From NCBI RefSeq assembly GCF_054482525.1, contig NZ_CM137006.1: a stretch of DNA of 64,000 nucleotides. One strand, 5' to 3'. The translations under genes and the position numbers were made by a program. Below the pieces are notes generated by a model, which had not been told where the DNA came from, did not search any database, and saw only the letters and a list, made by a program, of their open reading frames with translations. Below, one piece after another: positions 32,768-43,836 of this stretch (the first letter of the stretch is position 1; each line of letters opens with the position of its first letter).

Positions 32768-35700
32768 TTAATGGAAAATGACGTCGGGTGCGCTTAACGC
32801 CTCACTCAAATCAAACACATCAAGTTCGGCAAAAGTGACAGATTTATTGTCACGGTATACATGAAGAGAACGGAAGCTCATTAGCGCTTTGCTATCAACA
32901 TTGTAGTGGTTAAAACCGGATGAAAACTTAAGGACCAGCCGGTACTCGCCCAGGTCATAGACAAATGCGTTCTCATAGCCTGACTCCCAGCCTTTGTATC
33001 GCATTCCCATAAGTTGCCCAACGGTAGCAGATTTACCTTCCCAGCGATTCAAACTATTACTGGCTGACTCGTCAGGCGTGAGCAGTACTGTGCGCCGTGC
33101 CAATTGGCGAAAAGGCGGCATAATTTCGTAATCGGCAAAAAGCTGTGCAAACTCACTGCGCATTTCTGCTGCCATTTCTAACGGGTGGGCAATGCCAATC
33201 AGAGCATCGGCAGGCAGGTCAATTGGCTCATCTTGCTCATTGCAGAACTCCCCCTCAGCGGCCACACGAAAGGCGTTGAGTAAACGACGCGGTTCATTTG
33301 CCGGATAAACACCCCATATTAATCGCTGAGTAACCAGACGGGTAAAGGGATGATTAACAAACAGAGAATGAAAATCTGCCAGCGACCAGCGTCGGGTGGT
33401 GCGCAGGGCAGTTTCAAGACGCGGGAGCAGGTTTTTGCTCACCTGAGTGGCATCTTTTTTTAGCCCTTTTAGTCGGGCCAGTGCCTCGGGTGCTTTCAGT
33501 TGATCGTCATCGGCGCGCAACCGGGGAACGCTTTTCTGGCGAACGTTTTGCTGATCAAAGATAACCGGGTTAAGGTTTTCATCGAAGCGAACGGTAAATT
33601 GCCGTGGACCAAAATCAAAAATCAACGCCTGCGGATCATCAAGACCCAGTGTTGGGACTAATCTGTCCGCTAACTGTTCCTGGCTTAGCCCTCGATTTTC
33701 TGCGACCACCTGAAGAAATTCCGCCGCGTTATCACGTAAGGGGCGGGATTTCGCCCGTTGCGATATATGATGCAGCTGTATCAGTGCCATATCATTATTC
33801 ATCTGAGTAAGGATGTTCAGGCCGCTGACGGCACGGGCAGATTTGCCTTCCTGTGGCCAGGCAAGGATCTGTGTTGTTAGATCCCGTGCCGTGCTTTCGT
33901 CGCCAAAGAGACTTAACGCCAGAAATGCCCAGTTGTCTTTTGCGGGAGCACCAGCTTGTTGCCACGCGGTGAAAAGATCCCAGGCAAAGGCTGCCAGCGT
34001 TTGCGGCTGGCAAAACGTTTTCAGCTGTTCCAGTCCGCTATAAAAACGTCCGCCCTGGGTAAAGCGCAGCATTTCGCCGATAATTTCCAGAGCGTCATCA
34101 GTAACAGGTTGATTATTCGTGATAAGGCGCGGCCTGGACCACATTGCCGGCTGCCAGAAATCAGGGGCTTTTGGAATGCGTGTCGGGTAAATCTCTATTG
34201 GACTCTGTTTAAGTAATTGCTCCAGGGCAGGCCATACATCTTTACGCTGCCAGCGGTTTGCCACGGTTTGCAGTAACTCGCCATGTCCCTGTTCGTAAAG
34301 TAAACGCAGGGCAAGTAATGCAGCTTCGCTATTATCGCTGGATTTGGTGAAGACAAGAGGGATAAGTGCAGTAGCTGTATGTTCCGGCCATTGTAAAATC
34401 CACTGGCGGGCCAGATCTCGCTGCGCCGCGAAACGTCGCCAGACGCGGGCAACGGGCAGGGCCAGTTCGGTTGCGCCGAAATTTAAAATTAACGGAAATG
34501 TTTCTTTTGGACGATGTGAAAAAGCCAACAGCAGACCTGGTAGAGCATCCAATCCGAAGATACTGAGAAAATAGTCCTCACCCGCAGACAGATGCTTTTT
34601 CTCATTGATACGTAGCCAGAAAGTCAAAGCCATCTCACGCGGCAACTGCGCCAATAAATACAGGTTCCAGATACTCTTTTCCCGACGATAGCGTGAGTAG
34701 CTGTCATTTTCCCATATGTTAATTAACACTTCTACGTGACCGCTGTGAAGCGCCTGTTCTGCTAATTGAGCTTCCGGGGAGCTCCAGCCATTCATGATCT
34801 CTTCAACCCGCCCTGGGTAGTAATGCCACTGAACAATGAGTGAATTGCGTGCAGCATCCAGTTTTCCGGGGAGTATATAATTCAAAAACAGCCATACATC
34901 ATCTCCAAAACCCAGCTCCTGTAGTACAACTCGTCCACTTTTTTGTTCCATGCGTTCCGCAAGAGATTCCGTGCTGAAATAACGGGCAGACGCAGTGGCG
35001 GCAAGCCTCTCTCGTTCGCCTGGTTGCCAGTAAACTTGCGGCGTTAATTCGAACGGTGCCAAATCAAGACGTGGAACTGTCATTTTTTTCTTACTACGCC
35101 ACGGTGGTGAAACGAGGATTTCAGGCATTTGGCTGTTATCGGTGCTATCAATAACCGTTTTGGACGGTGCCGATAAATAACTATTCAGCATTGCCCGGGC
35201 TTGAGTACTTAACCACGGCATCACCTCTTCTGCCAGTTGTGGCTGCGATGCCATCAGCGTTTGTAACAGCGTACGCCAGTATTCATCGCGTGCTTTTTGC
35301 TGTGCAGGCAGCTTTTTGTCTTCAATGATTGGATAACCAGGGCGCGCAGGTGGTTCTTTTAACGCCAGCAGTTCTGCTAATGCGGCGAGCGTCGCATGGG
35401 GGAAGTTTTTACTGTATTTAGCCACACGTTGCAGGCTGGGTTTGTTTTTATCAGCAACTAACAGCAAGGTGCGGATGACTTGCGGATGGTTAATTTGTAC
35501 CAGCAGACTGCCGCAATCTTCTTTATGGGCATACATCGCGAGGCGCGGAACGGCTGCCAGTCCTTGTTCGCGCAAAAGGGCGGCGCAGGCCGCGTAGCCG
35601 AAGCGGTTTTCTTGTGACATGTAGCTGGCTTCGCGATCGCTAAATACGTCCAGGCCCCAGTATCGTTCGAGTTTTTTTACCGCCGTATTATCAGTAGCAA

Positions 35701-36400
35701 CGACCTTTAACCACTCCTTTGAATGGAGACTTGACCGGGAGCTTTCAAAACTGGCGAGTTCATTGGCTATTTCAGGTTTTTCCGGGAGGATCAGCGCAAT
35801 AAAAGGACGGCGAATTTTGGGTATTCCTGGCAGTGCGGCAATGAGTTTATCGGCACAACGCTGCCAGCAACTTTCCTCTGCCAGCGACAGATGCTTACGC
35901 AAACGGAGATCGAAATCGTTATAGGTCGCGGAGCCATAACCGTAGCTATAGTCCTCGTCCTGATACTGCAAAGTGACGACCAGTGAGTCACTCTCATAAC
36001 GCCGCGCAATGCACTGACGCGATATCACTACATCCGTCGCATATTCCAGCCCCTCTTGTTGCACGATTTCATCAAGTAACTGCTGGCTGTCATTTTGCGC
36101 GATACAGATCAGAGCCGCCATGGTAAGGGCTGGGATTGACGGTTTATGCTCGCCAGTCAAATTGATTGCCTGCTGGATGGCGGACTGCCACTCCAGTGAG
36201 CATTTATCATAATTCCAGGTGATATTTTCCTTCTGGCCTGCTTGTTGTAGTAATTCATCTCCCAATGTCTGGATGAGACTTCCAGTGATAACGGACACTG
36301 GTTCGCCCGGCCAGCGACGATGACTGAGCGGCGTTTTGCCTTTTTTATATTTCAGTTCCAGTTGGGCGTTATCCGCCAGCCACGGTAATTCCTTGTCCAT
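32768..36400 (-). CDS. yehI: large DUF4132-family protein YehI
   Basis: 1210-aa ORF; shares long blocks with the adjacent MolR-like ORF (FAWDLFTAWQ.AGAP, LDFGPRQFTV.FDE, RLIWGVY). Confidence 0.85.
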   Translation of the reverse strand: MDKELPWLADNAQLELKYKKGKTPLSHRRWPGEPVSVITGSLIQTLGDELLQQAGQKENITWNYDKCSLEWQSAIQQAINLTGEHKPSIPALTMAALICIAQNDSQQLLDEIVQQEGLEYATDVVISRQCIARRYESDSLVVTLQYQDEDYSYGYGSATYNDFDLRLRKHLSLAEESCWQRCADKLIAALPGIPKIRRPFIALILPEKPEIANELASFESSRSSLHSKEWLKVVATDNTAVKKLERYWGLDVFSDREASYMSQENRFGYAACAALLREQGLAAVPRLAMYAHKEDCGSLLVQINHPQVIRTLLLVADKNKPSLQRVAKYSKNFPHATLAALAELLALKEPPARPGYPIIEDKKLPAQQKARDEYWRTLLQTLMASQPQLAEEVMPWLSTQARAMLNSYLSAPSKTVIDSTDNSQMPEILVSPPWRSKKKMTVPRLDLAPFELTPQVYWQPGERERLAATASARYFSTESLAERMEQKSGRVVLQELGFGDDVWLFLNYILPGKLDAARNSLIVQWHYYPGRVEEIMNGWSSPEAQLAEQALHSGHVEVLINIWENDSYSRYRREKSIWNLYLLAQLPREMALTFWLRINEKKHLSAGEDYFLSIFGLDALPGLLLAFSHRPKETFPLILNFGATELALPVARVWRRFAAQRDLARQWILQWPEHTATALIPLVFTKSSDNSEAALLALRLLYEQGHGELLQTVANRWQRKDVWPALEQLLKQSPIEIYPTRIPKAPDFWQPAMWSRPRLITNNQPVTDDALEIIGEMLRFTQGGRFYSGLEQLKTFCQPQTLAAFAWDLFTAWQQAGAPAKDNWAFLALSLFGDESTARDLTTQILAWPQEGKSARAVSGLNILTQMNNDMALIQLHHISQRAKSRPLRDNAAEFLQVVAENRGLSQEQLADRLVPTLGLDDPQALIFDFGPRQFTVRFDENLNPVIFDQQNVRQKSVPRLRADDDQLKAPEALARLKGLKKDATQVSKNLLPRLETALRTTRRWSLADFHSLFVNHPFTRLVTQRLIWGVYPANEPRRLLNAFRVAAEGEFCNEQDEPIDLPADALIGIAHPLEMAAEMRSEFAQLFADYEIMPPFRQLARRTVLLTPDESASNSLNRWEGKSATVGQLMGMRYKGWESGYENAFVYDLGEYRLVLKFSSGFNHYNVDSKALMSFRSLHVYRDNKSVTFAELDVFDLSEALSAPDVIFH

Positions 36401-36409
36401 GCTCTTTCC

Positions 36410-39400
36410 TTATTCAAACAGGGCTTCAATATCGTTAATTAGCTCGCTGGCGGTGATGGCATCGAGTACGGAGAGCTGCGCTTCCTGTGTTGAATTACTC
36501 CTCCAGCCATAGCTTTCTGCTTTGCCTTCCCATAGCCACAGCTTGCTTAAGATTTGCTCGGCACTCAGTTCGGCTGGTGACATACCCACCGCAAAACCTT
36601 CATCGATTTCCATGATTAACGACCAGCGGCCCAGAGGTTTGATCATCCAGCCGATCCAGCCTGCATCCAGCGGGGTGCCCTTTATCCAACCTTTATTCGC
36701 CAGTCCCATGACCCGACCGCTCGGGCATTTTCTGCCTGCCCAGCGGATCAATTCGCTGGCATTGCGCTCGGTTTCTGTCAGGGCGTAACTGTTACGGTCG
36801 AGCTGGCGAAACGGCGGTAGCAGTTCGTAGTCGGCAAAAAGCTGACCAAAGGCGGCAGCATCCGTGGGTGATATTTCCAGAACGTGAGGAATACCAACAG
36901 AGATATCGCCTTCCGGCGGGGTGAAAAGATCATCGTCAGCGGTGCTGTAGCTGTTATCTTCCGCCACGCGAAAGCAAGCCAGTAGCTCGTTTTCGGCGCT
37001 ATAAACGCCCCAAATCAGACGGCGGGTTAAGTGACGAACCAGCGGATGCTCAACCAGGAAGAGCTGAAAGTTTTCCGGCGACCAGCGGCGGCGCAGGCAC
37101 ATGGCGGATTCCAGCCTTGCTACCTGCTGGGCGGCGACGGTACGCGCATCTTTTTTCAGCAATTTGTAGCGGTTAACAGCATCGTTCGCCTGTGATTCAT
37201 CATCGCTTTTATTGGGTTTAGGTAAGTCTTTCAGGCGGCTGCCGGAAACATCGCGCACAAACGGTTTTAAGGTTTCATCAAAGCTGACGGTGAACTGCCG
37301 TGGGCCAAAATCCAGCAGCAGCGAACCGTTATCATCCAGACCGAGATCCGGTGCTAACCGGTCTTCAAGTTCCGCCACCGTGAGTTCGCGGCTCTCGGCA
37401 ATGTCGGCAATTTTTTCTTTCGCCCGCTCCTGTAAGGCTTTGAATTTCAGTTTCTGGGCGATGCCGTTAAGCTGCATCAGGGCGATATCGCTGCCGATAG
37501 CAGCGAGAATATCCAACCCAACGGTGGCACGTTTATGCTGAGATTCGCCAGGCCAGGCGCGGATTAATGGCGTCAGTTTGCGGGCGGCGTCATCGTTACC
37601 GAGAACGCCTAACGCAGTGAACGCCCAACTCTCTTTCGACGGCGCGCCAGCGGTCTGCCAGGCGGTAAACAGATCCCAGGCAAATTCAGCCAGTGAGTCG
37701 GCGGTACAGGCATCTTTCACCTGCAATAATCCCGGATACAGCGCCTCCTCCTGATGGAAGCGGAGCATTTCACCGAGGTGCTGGAGTGCGCTATCGGGCA
37801 GTGATTGGGCGCTTGCTTTTAATACCGGGCGGTTCCAGAGCGATGGCTGATAAAAGGCCGGAAGAGTGGGGATTTTTGTCGGGTGATTATCTAAGGGATC
37901 GAGCGCAAGCAGAGCGTTCACCGCGTCTGTTACTTCCGGCTGGTTATAACGCCGGGCGATTTCTTGCAGTAATGGCTGATGACCGTTTTCGGTAAGCATA
38001 CGCAAGGCAGCGCGGGCGTTATCCTGTGCTTCACCGGATTTGCCGAGCGCCGAAGGTAGCAGGCCGGTAATGGCGTGTTCCGGGTATTTCAGCAGCCAGG
38101 TGCGGGCGTCTTGTCGTAGGGTTTTGAGTTTGTTGAAGGCGCGGGCGATCAGTGGCGCTAATTCGATAGCCGCAAAATATTGTGCTACAGGCAGAGCTTC
38201 TTGTGGATAGCGTGAAAAGGAGTGAATAAAACCCTGTAACCCAGTGAGTTGCAGGTGCGTCATGACAAACTCGACACCGACGTGTGGCTCTTTACTGAGG
38301 ACATTCCACGCCTGCGCTGTCTTTTCGATAGGCAGGGTGGCTAACATGTAAAGCTGCCATTCCCGTTGATAGGAGTGCCAGAAGGTTTTAAATTCGCTGA
38401 TCAGCGCGGAATAATGTCCCCTTTGCCAGAGATCTATAGCAGCATCAGGCGCTTTCATATACTGGCCATTATTCCAGCGATTGAAACCCAGACGTGCCAG
38501 GTAGTTCTGAATATCCTCTTTTTGGCCGATGTCTATTTGATGTGCGTGCCAGCGATGCCTTGCATGAATCTCTTTTTCTGCCGTCTCGGTCAATGTGCAG
38601 CATGACTCCAACGATAATGGCGTTAAATCCAATACCGGTATAACAGATTTTTTCTTTTTCGAAAGCCAGGGCGGTGAGACTAATACGGCAGGCAGTAGAT
38701 CGGCGCAGGCATGGTTTGAGGGCTGTGTCAGTTGTTGCAGGCATGCTTTCAGCACTGCAACTGCGGGTGTTGAGAGCCAGGGAGTGACCTGTTCTGCTAG
38801 TGCCGGTTGCGAGATAAGCATCGTCATTAGCATAATGCGCCAACTATTCTCTTCTTTTTGCGCAAGAAGTTCCGCCAGTGCCGCCAGTGCCGTGTGTGGG
38901 AACGCAGCGCAAGCCTTAGTCATTCGTTCATGGCAGCGTTTAGTTTTGCCAGACACACGTATAAGTAGCATTAATGCTTGTGGGTGATTGATCTCTGCGA
39001 GAATACTTCCGCAAAGATCAGCATAAGCATAGGGGGCGAAGCGAGCGATTCCGGCAATCCCTTGCTCCTGCAAAACGGTGACATTCCAGATGCAACCATG
39101 GTAATAGTCATTAAAAAGGTCGTACGCGCAATAAGATTCCAGTGCTTTGAGCAAGGAAGATTCTTGTACAACAAGTTTCAGCCATTCAACAGTTTGGATA
39201 TTTTTCTGCTCCAGTAACCGTCGTGCGATTTCTTCTGCAATCTCCGGGCGTTCCGGTAGCATTAGCGCTACCATCGGTTGTTGAACGGGAGGAATATCAG
39301 GCAAAGCTGTAATGAATTTATCTACACAGCGTTGCCACAAAGTTTCTTCTGCTAGAGCCAAATGTTTACGCAGTCGAACGTCAAAGGGGGTAACACAATG

Positions 39401-40159
39401 TGCATGGTTTAATAATGGCTGAAAAGTAATGTGTATGCTTATTCTGTGATAAGTGCAATCGAACGAGATATATTGCATGGCAATAAACATATCCACGGCA
39501 AATTCTAGTCCGTAGACATAGACAATTTCATCCATGAGTTCAGGGCATTCGTCCCAGAATTTACGTGAAACCAGAACAACCTGTACAGCCAACGCAGCAG
39601 GAGAAAGTGGACCATTAGCGAGAGCTTCATTGATATTCTGCTGCCAGTTAGCAGAACATGCACTGAAATCGTATGTTGTTATTTTTCCTGATAGATTATG
39701 AATATCCTGACCTAAATTCATAAGGAGGCTGTCTTGTGGTTCGCTTACAGCATCCCCAGGAAAACGTCGGGAAGGTAAGGCCTCCTGAGACTTTTTCTCC
39801 GATAGATGGATAGTGGAATCATCTGTCAGCCACGGGCATGGTGTCTCAGCAGGTTCAGCAACCATACTTTGGTCAAATACGACTGTGGTTTCTGCCACGC
39901 CAGTTGTATCTACTTCGATCGTTTCTATTTTGATTGCGGGTTGGGATGGCGAAGATAATTCTTCCACATACCCCTTCTTCACCTTCTCCGCAATCAGCTT
40001 CAGTCCCGCTTTTTCCGCCGCTGCTGCATCCGCAAAGCTTTTTACCTGGTTTTGCCCTTTGGTGCCAACTTTTCCCCAACAGATATGCAACTCGTTTCCC
40101 TGTTGCTCCACCGCCCAGAATTTATGTGATTTTTCGTCCTGAAAGATAAAGTGCCTCAT
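36410..40159 (-). CDS. molR: WGR-domain / DUF4132 protein MolR (YehH), intact
   Basis: 1249-aa uninterrupted ORF; N-terminus MRHFIFQDEKSHKFWAVEQQGNELHICWGKVGTKG resembles a WGR domain; K-12 carries a split pseudogene. Confidence 0.8.
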   Translation of the reverse strand: MRHFIFQDEKSHKFWAVEQQGNELHICWGKVGTKGQNQVKSFADAAAAEKAGLKLIAEKVKKGYVEELSSPSQPAIKIETIEVDTTGVAETTVVFDQSMVAEPAETPCPWLTDDSTIHLSEKKSQEALPSRRFPGDAVSEPQDSLLMNLGQDIHNLSGKITTYDFSACSANWQQNINEALANGPLSPAALAVQVVLVSRKFWDECPELMDEIVYVYGLEFAVDMFIAMQYISFDCTYHRISIHITFQPLLNHAHCVTPFDVRLRKHLALAEETLWQRCVDKFITALPDIPPVQQPMVALMLPERPEIAEEIARRLLEQKNIQTVEWLKLVVQESSLLKALESYCAYDLFNDYYHGCIWNVTVLQEQGIAGIARFAPYAYADLCGSILAEINHPQALMLLIRVSGKTKRCHERMTKACAAFPHTALAALAELLAQKEENSWRIMLMTMLISQPALAEQVTPWLSTPAVAVLKACLQQLTQPSNHACADLLPAVLVSPPWLSKKKKSVIPVLDLTPLSLESCCTLTETAEKEIHARHRWHAHQIDIGQKEDIQNYLARLGFNRWNNGQYMKAPDAAIDLWQRGHYSALISEFKTFWHSYQREWQLYMLATLPIEKTAQAWNVLSKEPHVGVEFVMTHLQLTGLQGFIHSFSRYPQEALPVAQYFAAIELAPLIARAFNKLKTLRQDARTWLLKYPEHAITGLLPSALGKSGEAQDNARAALRMLTENGHQPLLQEIARRYNQPEVTDAVNALLALDPLDNHPTKIPTLPAFYQPSLWNRPVLKASAQSLPDSALQHLGEMLRFHQEEALYPGLLQVKDACTADSLAEFAWDLFTAWQTAGAPSKESWAFTALGVLGNDDAARKLTPLIRAWPGESQHKRATVGLDILAAIGSDIALMQLNGIAQKLKFKALQERAKEKIADIAESRELTVAELEDRLAPDLGLDDNGSLLLDFGPRQFTVSFDETLKPFVRDVSGSRLKDLPKPNKSDDESQANDAVNRYKLLKKDARTVAAQQVARLESAMCLRRRWSPENFQLFLVEHPLVRHLTRRLIWGVYSAENELLACFRVAEDNSYSTADDDLFTPPEGDISVGIPHVLEISPTDAAAFGQLFADYELLPPFRQLDRNSYALTETERNASELIRWAGRKCPSGRVMGLANKGWIKGTPLDAGWIGWMIKPLGRWSLIMEIDEGFAVGMSPAELSAEQILSKLWLWEGKAESYGWRSNSTQEAQLSVLDAITASELINDIEALFE

Positions 40160-40257
40160 TCTGCATCCCTGTAATTTTATCCAGTTGAATGCTGATGCTA
40201 CCAGTATTTATGCGGGTTAGAGAGAGACAAAATCGCAAGAAAACAACTTTAGGAATT

Positions 40258-40290
40258 TATAAAGAAAAGGCGCTGTCGATACAGCGCCTT
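40258..40290 (-). terminator. rho-independent terminator downstream of metG
   Basis: Minus-strand hairpin aaggcgctgtcgatacagcgcctt followed by a U-run. Confidence 0.7.
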
Positions 40291-40299
40291 GAAAGGAGA

Positions 40300-42333
40300 T
40301 TATTTCACCTGATGACCCGGTTTAGCACCGGCATCCGGGCTTAGCAGGAAAATATCTTTCCCGCCAGGACCGGCAGCCATCACCATGCCTTCGGAGATAC
40401 CGAAGCGCATTTTACGTGGTGCCAGGTTAGCCACCATAATGGTGTGACGACCAATCAGTGCCTGCGGATCCGGGTAAGCAGAACGAATGCCGGAGAAGAC
40501 ATTGCGTTTTTCACCGCCGAGATCCAGCGTCAGGCGCAGCAGTTTGTCAGAACCTTCAACAAACTCTGCGTTTTCAATCAGTGCCACGCGCAGGTCAACT
40601 TTGGCGAAGTCATCAAAGGTGATAGTTTCCTGGATTGGATCGTCAGCCAGCGGGCCAGTTACCGGCGCGGCAGCGGCTTTTACTTCTTCTTTAGATGCTT
40701 CCACCAGTGCTTCAACCTGCTTCATATCGATGCGGTTATACAGCGCCTTGAACGGATTCACTTTATGGCCCAACAGCGGTTGCTGGATACCATGCCAGGT
40801 CAGTTCTGTATTGAGGAATGCTTCTGCACGCTCGGTCAGTTTCGGCAGTACCGGCTTCAGGTAAGTCATCAGCACGCGGAACAGGTTGATGCCCATCGAG
40901 CAAATTGCCTGCAGGTCGGCATCGCGGTCTTCCTGTTTCGCCACCACCCACGGAGCCTGTTCATCGACATAGCGGTTAGCCAGATCAGCCAGCGCCATAA
41001 TTTCGCGTACTGCTTTACCAAATTCGCGGCTTTCCCACGCTTCACCAATCACTTCAGCGGCATCAGTGAAGGTTTTGTACAGTTGCGGGTCAGCCAGTTC
41101 GCTTGCCAGCACACCGTCAAAACGCTTGTTGATAAAGCCAGCGTTACGGGAGGCCAGGTTAACCACTTTATTCACGATATCGGCATTCACGCGCTGAACG
41201 AAATCTTCCAGGTTGAGATCGATATCATCAATGCGCGAAGAGAGTTTCGCAGTGTAGTAGTAACGCAGGCTGTCAGCGTCAAAATGATTCAGCCAGGTGC
41301 TGGCTTTAATAAAGGTGCCGCGAGACTTGGACATCTTCGCGCCGTTCACCGTCACATAGCCATGAACAAACAGGTTAGTCGGCTTGCGGAAGTTGCTGCC
41401 TTCCAGCATGGCAGGCCAGAACAGGCTGTGGAAGTAAACGATATCTTTACCGATGAAGTGGTACAGCTCGGCGGTGGAATCTTTCTTCCAGTATTCATCG
41501 AAGCTGGTGGTGTCGCCGCGTTTGTCGCACAGATTCTTGAAGGAACCCATGTAGCCAATCGGCGCGTCCAGCCAGACGTAGAAATATTTGCCCGGTGCGT
41601 TCGGAATTTCAAAACCGAAGTACGGCGCATCGCGGGAGATATCCCACTGTTGCAGGCCAGATTCAAACCACTCCTGCATTTTGTTTGCCACCTGCTCCTG
41701 CAACGCACCGCTGCGGGTCCATGCCTGCAACATTTCGCTGAAAGAGGGCAGATCAAAGAAGAAGTGTTCAGAATCACGCATTACCGGCGTAGCACCAGAA
41801 ACCACCGATTTCGGCTCGATCAATTCAGTCGGGCTGTAGGTCGCGCCGCAGACTTCGCAGTTATCGCCGTATTGATCCGGGGATTTACATTTCGGGCAGG
41901 TGCCTTTCACAAAACGGTCCGGTAGGAACATGCCTTTTTCCGGATCGTACAGCTGAGAAATAGTGCGGTTTTTAATAAAACCGTTTTCTTTCAGGCGAGA
42001 GTAGATAAGTTCTGACAACTGGCGGTTCTCTTCGCTGTGCGTCGAGTGATAGTTGTCATAGCTGATGTTAAAGCCTGCGAAATCAGTCTGATGCTCCTGA
42101 CTCATTTCGCCAATCATCTGCTCCGGGGTGATACCGAGCTGCTGAGCTTTCAGCATGATCGGTGTACCGTGGGCATCGTCGGCGCAGATGAAGTTGACCT
42201 CGTGGCCGCGCATTCGCTGGTAACGGACCCAGACATCAGCCTGGATGTGCTCCAGCATATGGCCGAGGTGGATTGAGCCGTTAGCGTACGGCAGTGCGCA
42301 CGTCACCAGAATTTTCTTCGCGACTTGAGTCAT
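40300..42333 (-). CDS. metG: methionine--tRNA ligase
   Basis: Start placed at [25 protein letters not shown] (HIGH motif); KMSKS present; 677 aa. Confidence 0.96.
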   Translation of the reverse strand: MTQVAKKILVTCALPYANGSIHLGHMLEHIQADVWVRYQRMRGHEVNFICADDAHGTPIMLKAQQLGITPEQMIGEMSQEHQTDFAGFNISYDNYHSTHSEENRQLSELIYSRLKENGFIKNRTISQLYDPEKGMFLPDRFVKGTCPKCKSPDQYGDNCEVCGATYSPTELIEPKSVVSGATPVMRDSEHFFFDLPSFSEMLQAWTRSGALQEQVANKMQEWFESGLQQWDISRDAPYFGFEIPNAPGKYFYVWLDAPIGYMGSFKNLCDKRGDTTSFDEYWKKDSTAELYHFIGKDIVYFHSLFWPAMLEGSNFRKPTNLFVHGYVTVNGAKMSKSRGTFIKASTWLNHFDADSLRYYYTAKLSSRIDDIDLNLEDFVQRVNADIVNKVVNLASRNAGFINKRFDGVLASELADPQLYKTFTDAAEVIGEAWESREFGKAVREIMALADLANRYVDEQAPWVVAKQEDRDADLQAICSMGINLFRVLMTYLKPVLPKLTERAEAFLNTELTWHGIQQPLLGHKVNPFKALYNRIDMKQVEALVEASKEEVKAAAAPVTGPLADDPIQETITFDDFAKVDLRVALIENAEFVEGSDKLLRLTLDLGGEKRNVFSGIRSAYPDPQALIGRHTIMVANLAPRKMRFGISEGMVMAAGPGGKDIFLLSPDAGAKPGHQVK

Positions 42334-42464
42334 AGTAGGCATTACTTCTTAATAGTGAAAAGGGGTTAGATAGTACCAAATGGGAAAATGTTAAGTAAGT
42401 ACTTCTCTATATTCTTCAGGTAAACTATCAGCTGATGGTTTATCTATACAAAAAAGGAGTCGGG

Positions 42465-43574
42465 ATGAACGAACAATCCCAGGCCAAATCACCAGAAGCC
42501 TTGCGCGCAATGGTCGCCGGGACACTGGCCAATTTTCAGCACCCAACCCTGAAGCATAACCTCACCACGCTGAAAGCGTTGCACCATGTCGCCTGGATGG
42601 ACGACACGTTGCATGTGGAACTGGTTATGCCATTCGTCTGGCATAGCGCGTTCGAAGAGTTAAAAGAGCAATGTAGCGCCGAACTGCTGCGCATCACCGG
42701 GGCGAAAGCTATCGACTGGAAACTGTCGCACAATATCGCCACCTTAAAACGCGTGAAGAATCAGCCGGGAATTAACGGCGTGAAGAACATCATTGCGGTC
42801 AGCTCCGGTAAAGGCGGCGTGGGTAAATCCTCCACGGCGGTAAACCTGGCGCTGGCACTGGCGGCGGAAGGGGCGAAAGTCGGCATTCTGGACGCCGATA
42901 TCTACGGCCCATCAATCCCCACCATGCTGGGCGCAGAAAATCAGCGTCCAACTTCGCCGGACGGTACCCATATGGCACCGATTATGTCTCATGGACTGGC
43001 AACCAATTCAATTGGTTATCTGGTCACTGACGACAATGCGATGGTGTGGCGTGGTCCGATGGCGAGCAAGGCGTTAATGCAGATGTTGCAGGAAACCTTG
43101 TGGCCGGATCTCGACTATCTGGTGCTTGATATGCCGCCAGGCACCGGTGACATTCAATTGACACTGGCACAAAACATTCCAGTAACTGGCGCGGTAGTGG
43201 TCACCACCCCGCAGGACATTGCGTTGATCGATGCGAAAAAAGGCATTGTGATGTTCGAGAAAGTCGAGGTTCCGGTGCTCGGTATTGTCGAGAACATGAG
43301 TGTGCATATTTGCAGTAACTGTGGTCACCATGAACCGATTTTCGGTACCGGTGGTGCAGAGAAACTGGCCGAGAAATACCACACGCAGTTGCTGGGGCAG
43401 ATGCCGTTACACATCTCCTTACGTGAAGATCTCGATAAAGGCACGCCAACGGTTATCAGCCGTCCGGAGAGCGAATTTACCGCTATCTACCGCCAGCTGG
43501 CTGACCGCGTTGCAGCCCAGCTTTATTGGCAGGGAGAAGTCATTCCTGGCGAGATTTCCTTCCGCGCGGTCTGA
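42465..43574 (+). CDS. apbC: Fe-S cluster carrier ATPase ApbC (Mrp)
   Basis: Start placed at MNEQSQAKSPEAL; Walker A SGKGGVGKSS; CxxC motif CSNCGH. Confidence 0.95.
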   Translation: MNEQSQAKSPEALRAMVAGTLANFQHPTLKHNLTTLKALHHVAWMDDTLHVELVMPFVWHSAFEELKEQCSAELLRITGAKAIDWKLSHNIATLKRVKNQPGINGVKNIIAVSSGKGGVGKSSTAVNLALALAAEGAKVGILDADIYGPSIPTMLGAENQRPTSPDGTHMAPIMSHGLATNSIGYLVTDDNAMVWRGPMASKALMQMLQETLWPDLDYLVLDMPPGTGDIQLTLAQNIPVTGAVVVTTPQDIALIDAKKGIVMFEKVEVPVLGIVENMSVHICSNCGHHEPIFGTGGAEKLAEKYHTQLLGQMPLHISLREDLDKGTPTVISRPESEFTAIYRQLADRVAAQLYWQGEVIPGEISFRAV

Positions 43575-43604
43575 CGCGCATTAACCTTTTTGGTTGTTTT
43601 TCAT

Positions 43605-43645
43605 ACACCGCAGAGATGTTACATTGATGCGGTGTATTTGTTTTT
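43605..43645 (+). terminator. rho-independent terminator downstream of apbC
   Basis: Hairpin acaccgcagagatgttacattgatgcggtgt followed by a T-run. Confidence 0.6.
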
Positions 43646-43836
43646 GCCGCATTAATGAACACTTATTTAATGCTGTGAATATTCTGCGGACCTTCGTCCG
43701 AAACTCTATAAAGTCGATTGATCGTACAGGCAATGCTTCATTATCATCCTTCGTGGCTGTGTAGTGGATGTACAGCTATAGTTTGTTATGCACTCATTCT
43801 ATCCAGGCATAACCTTTACTACAGGGATAACGTTCA

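Noticed and set aside
40444-41925. 493-aa ORF on the plus strand
   Set aside because: Entirely antisense to metG, which is unambiguous (HIGH and KMSKS motifs); no independent start signals
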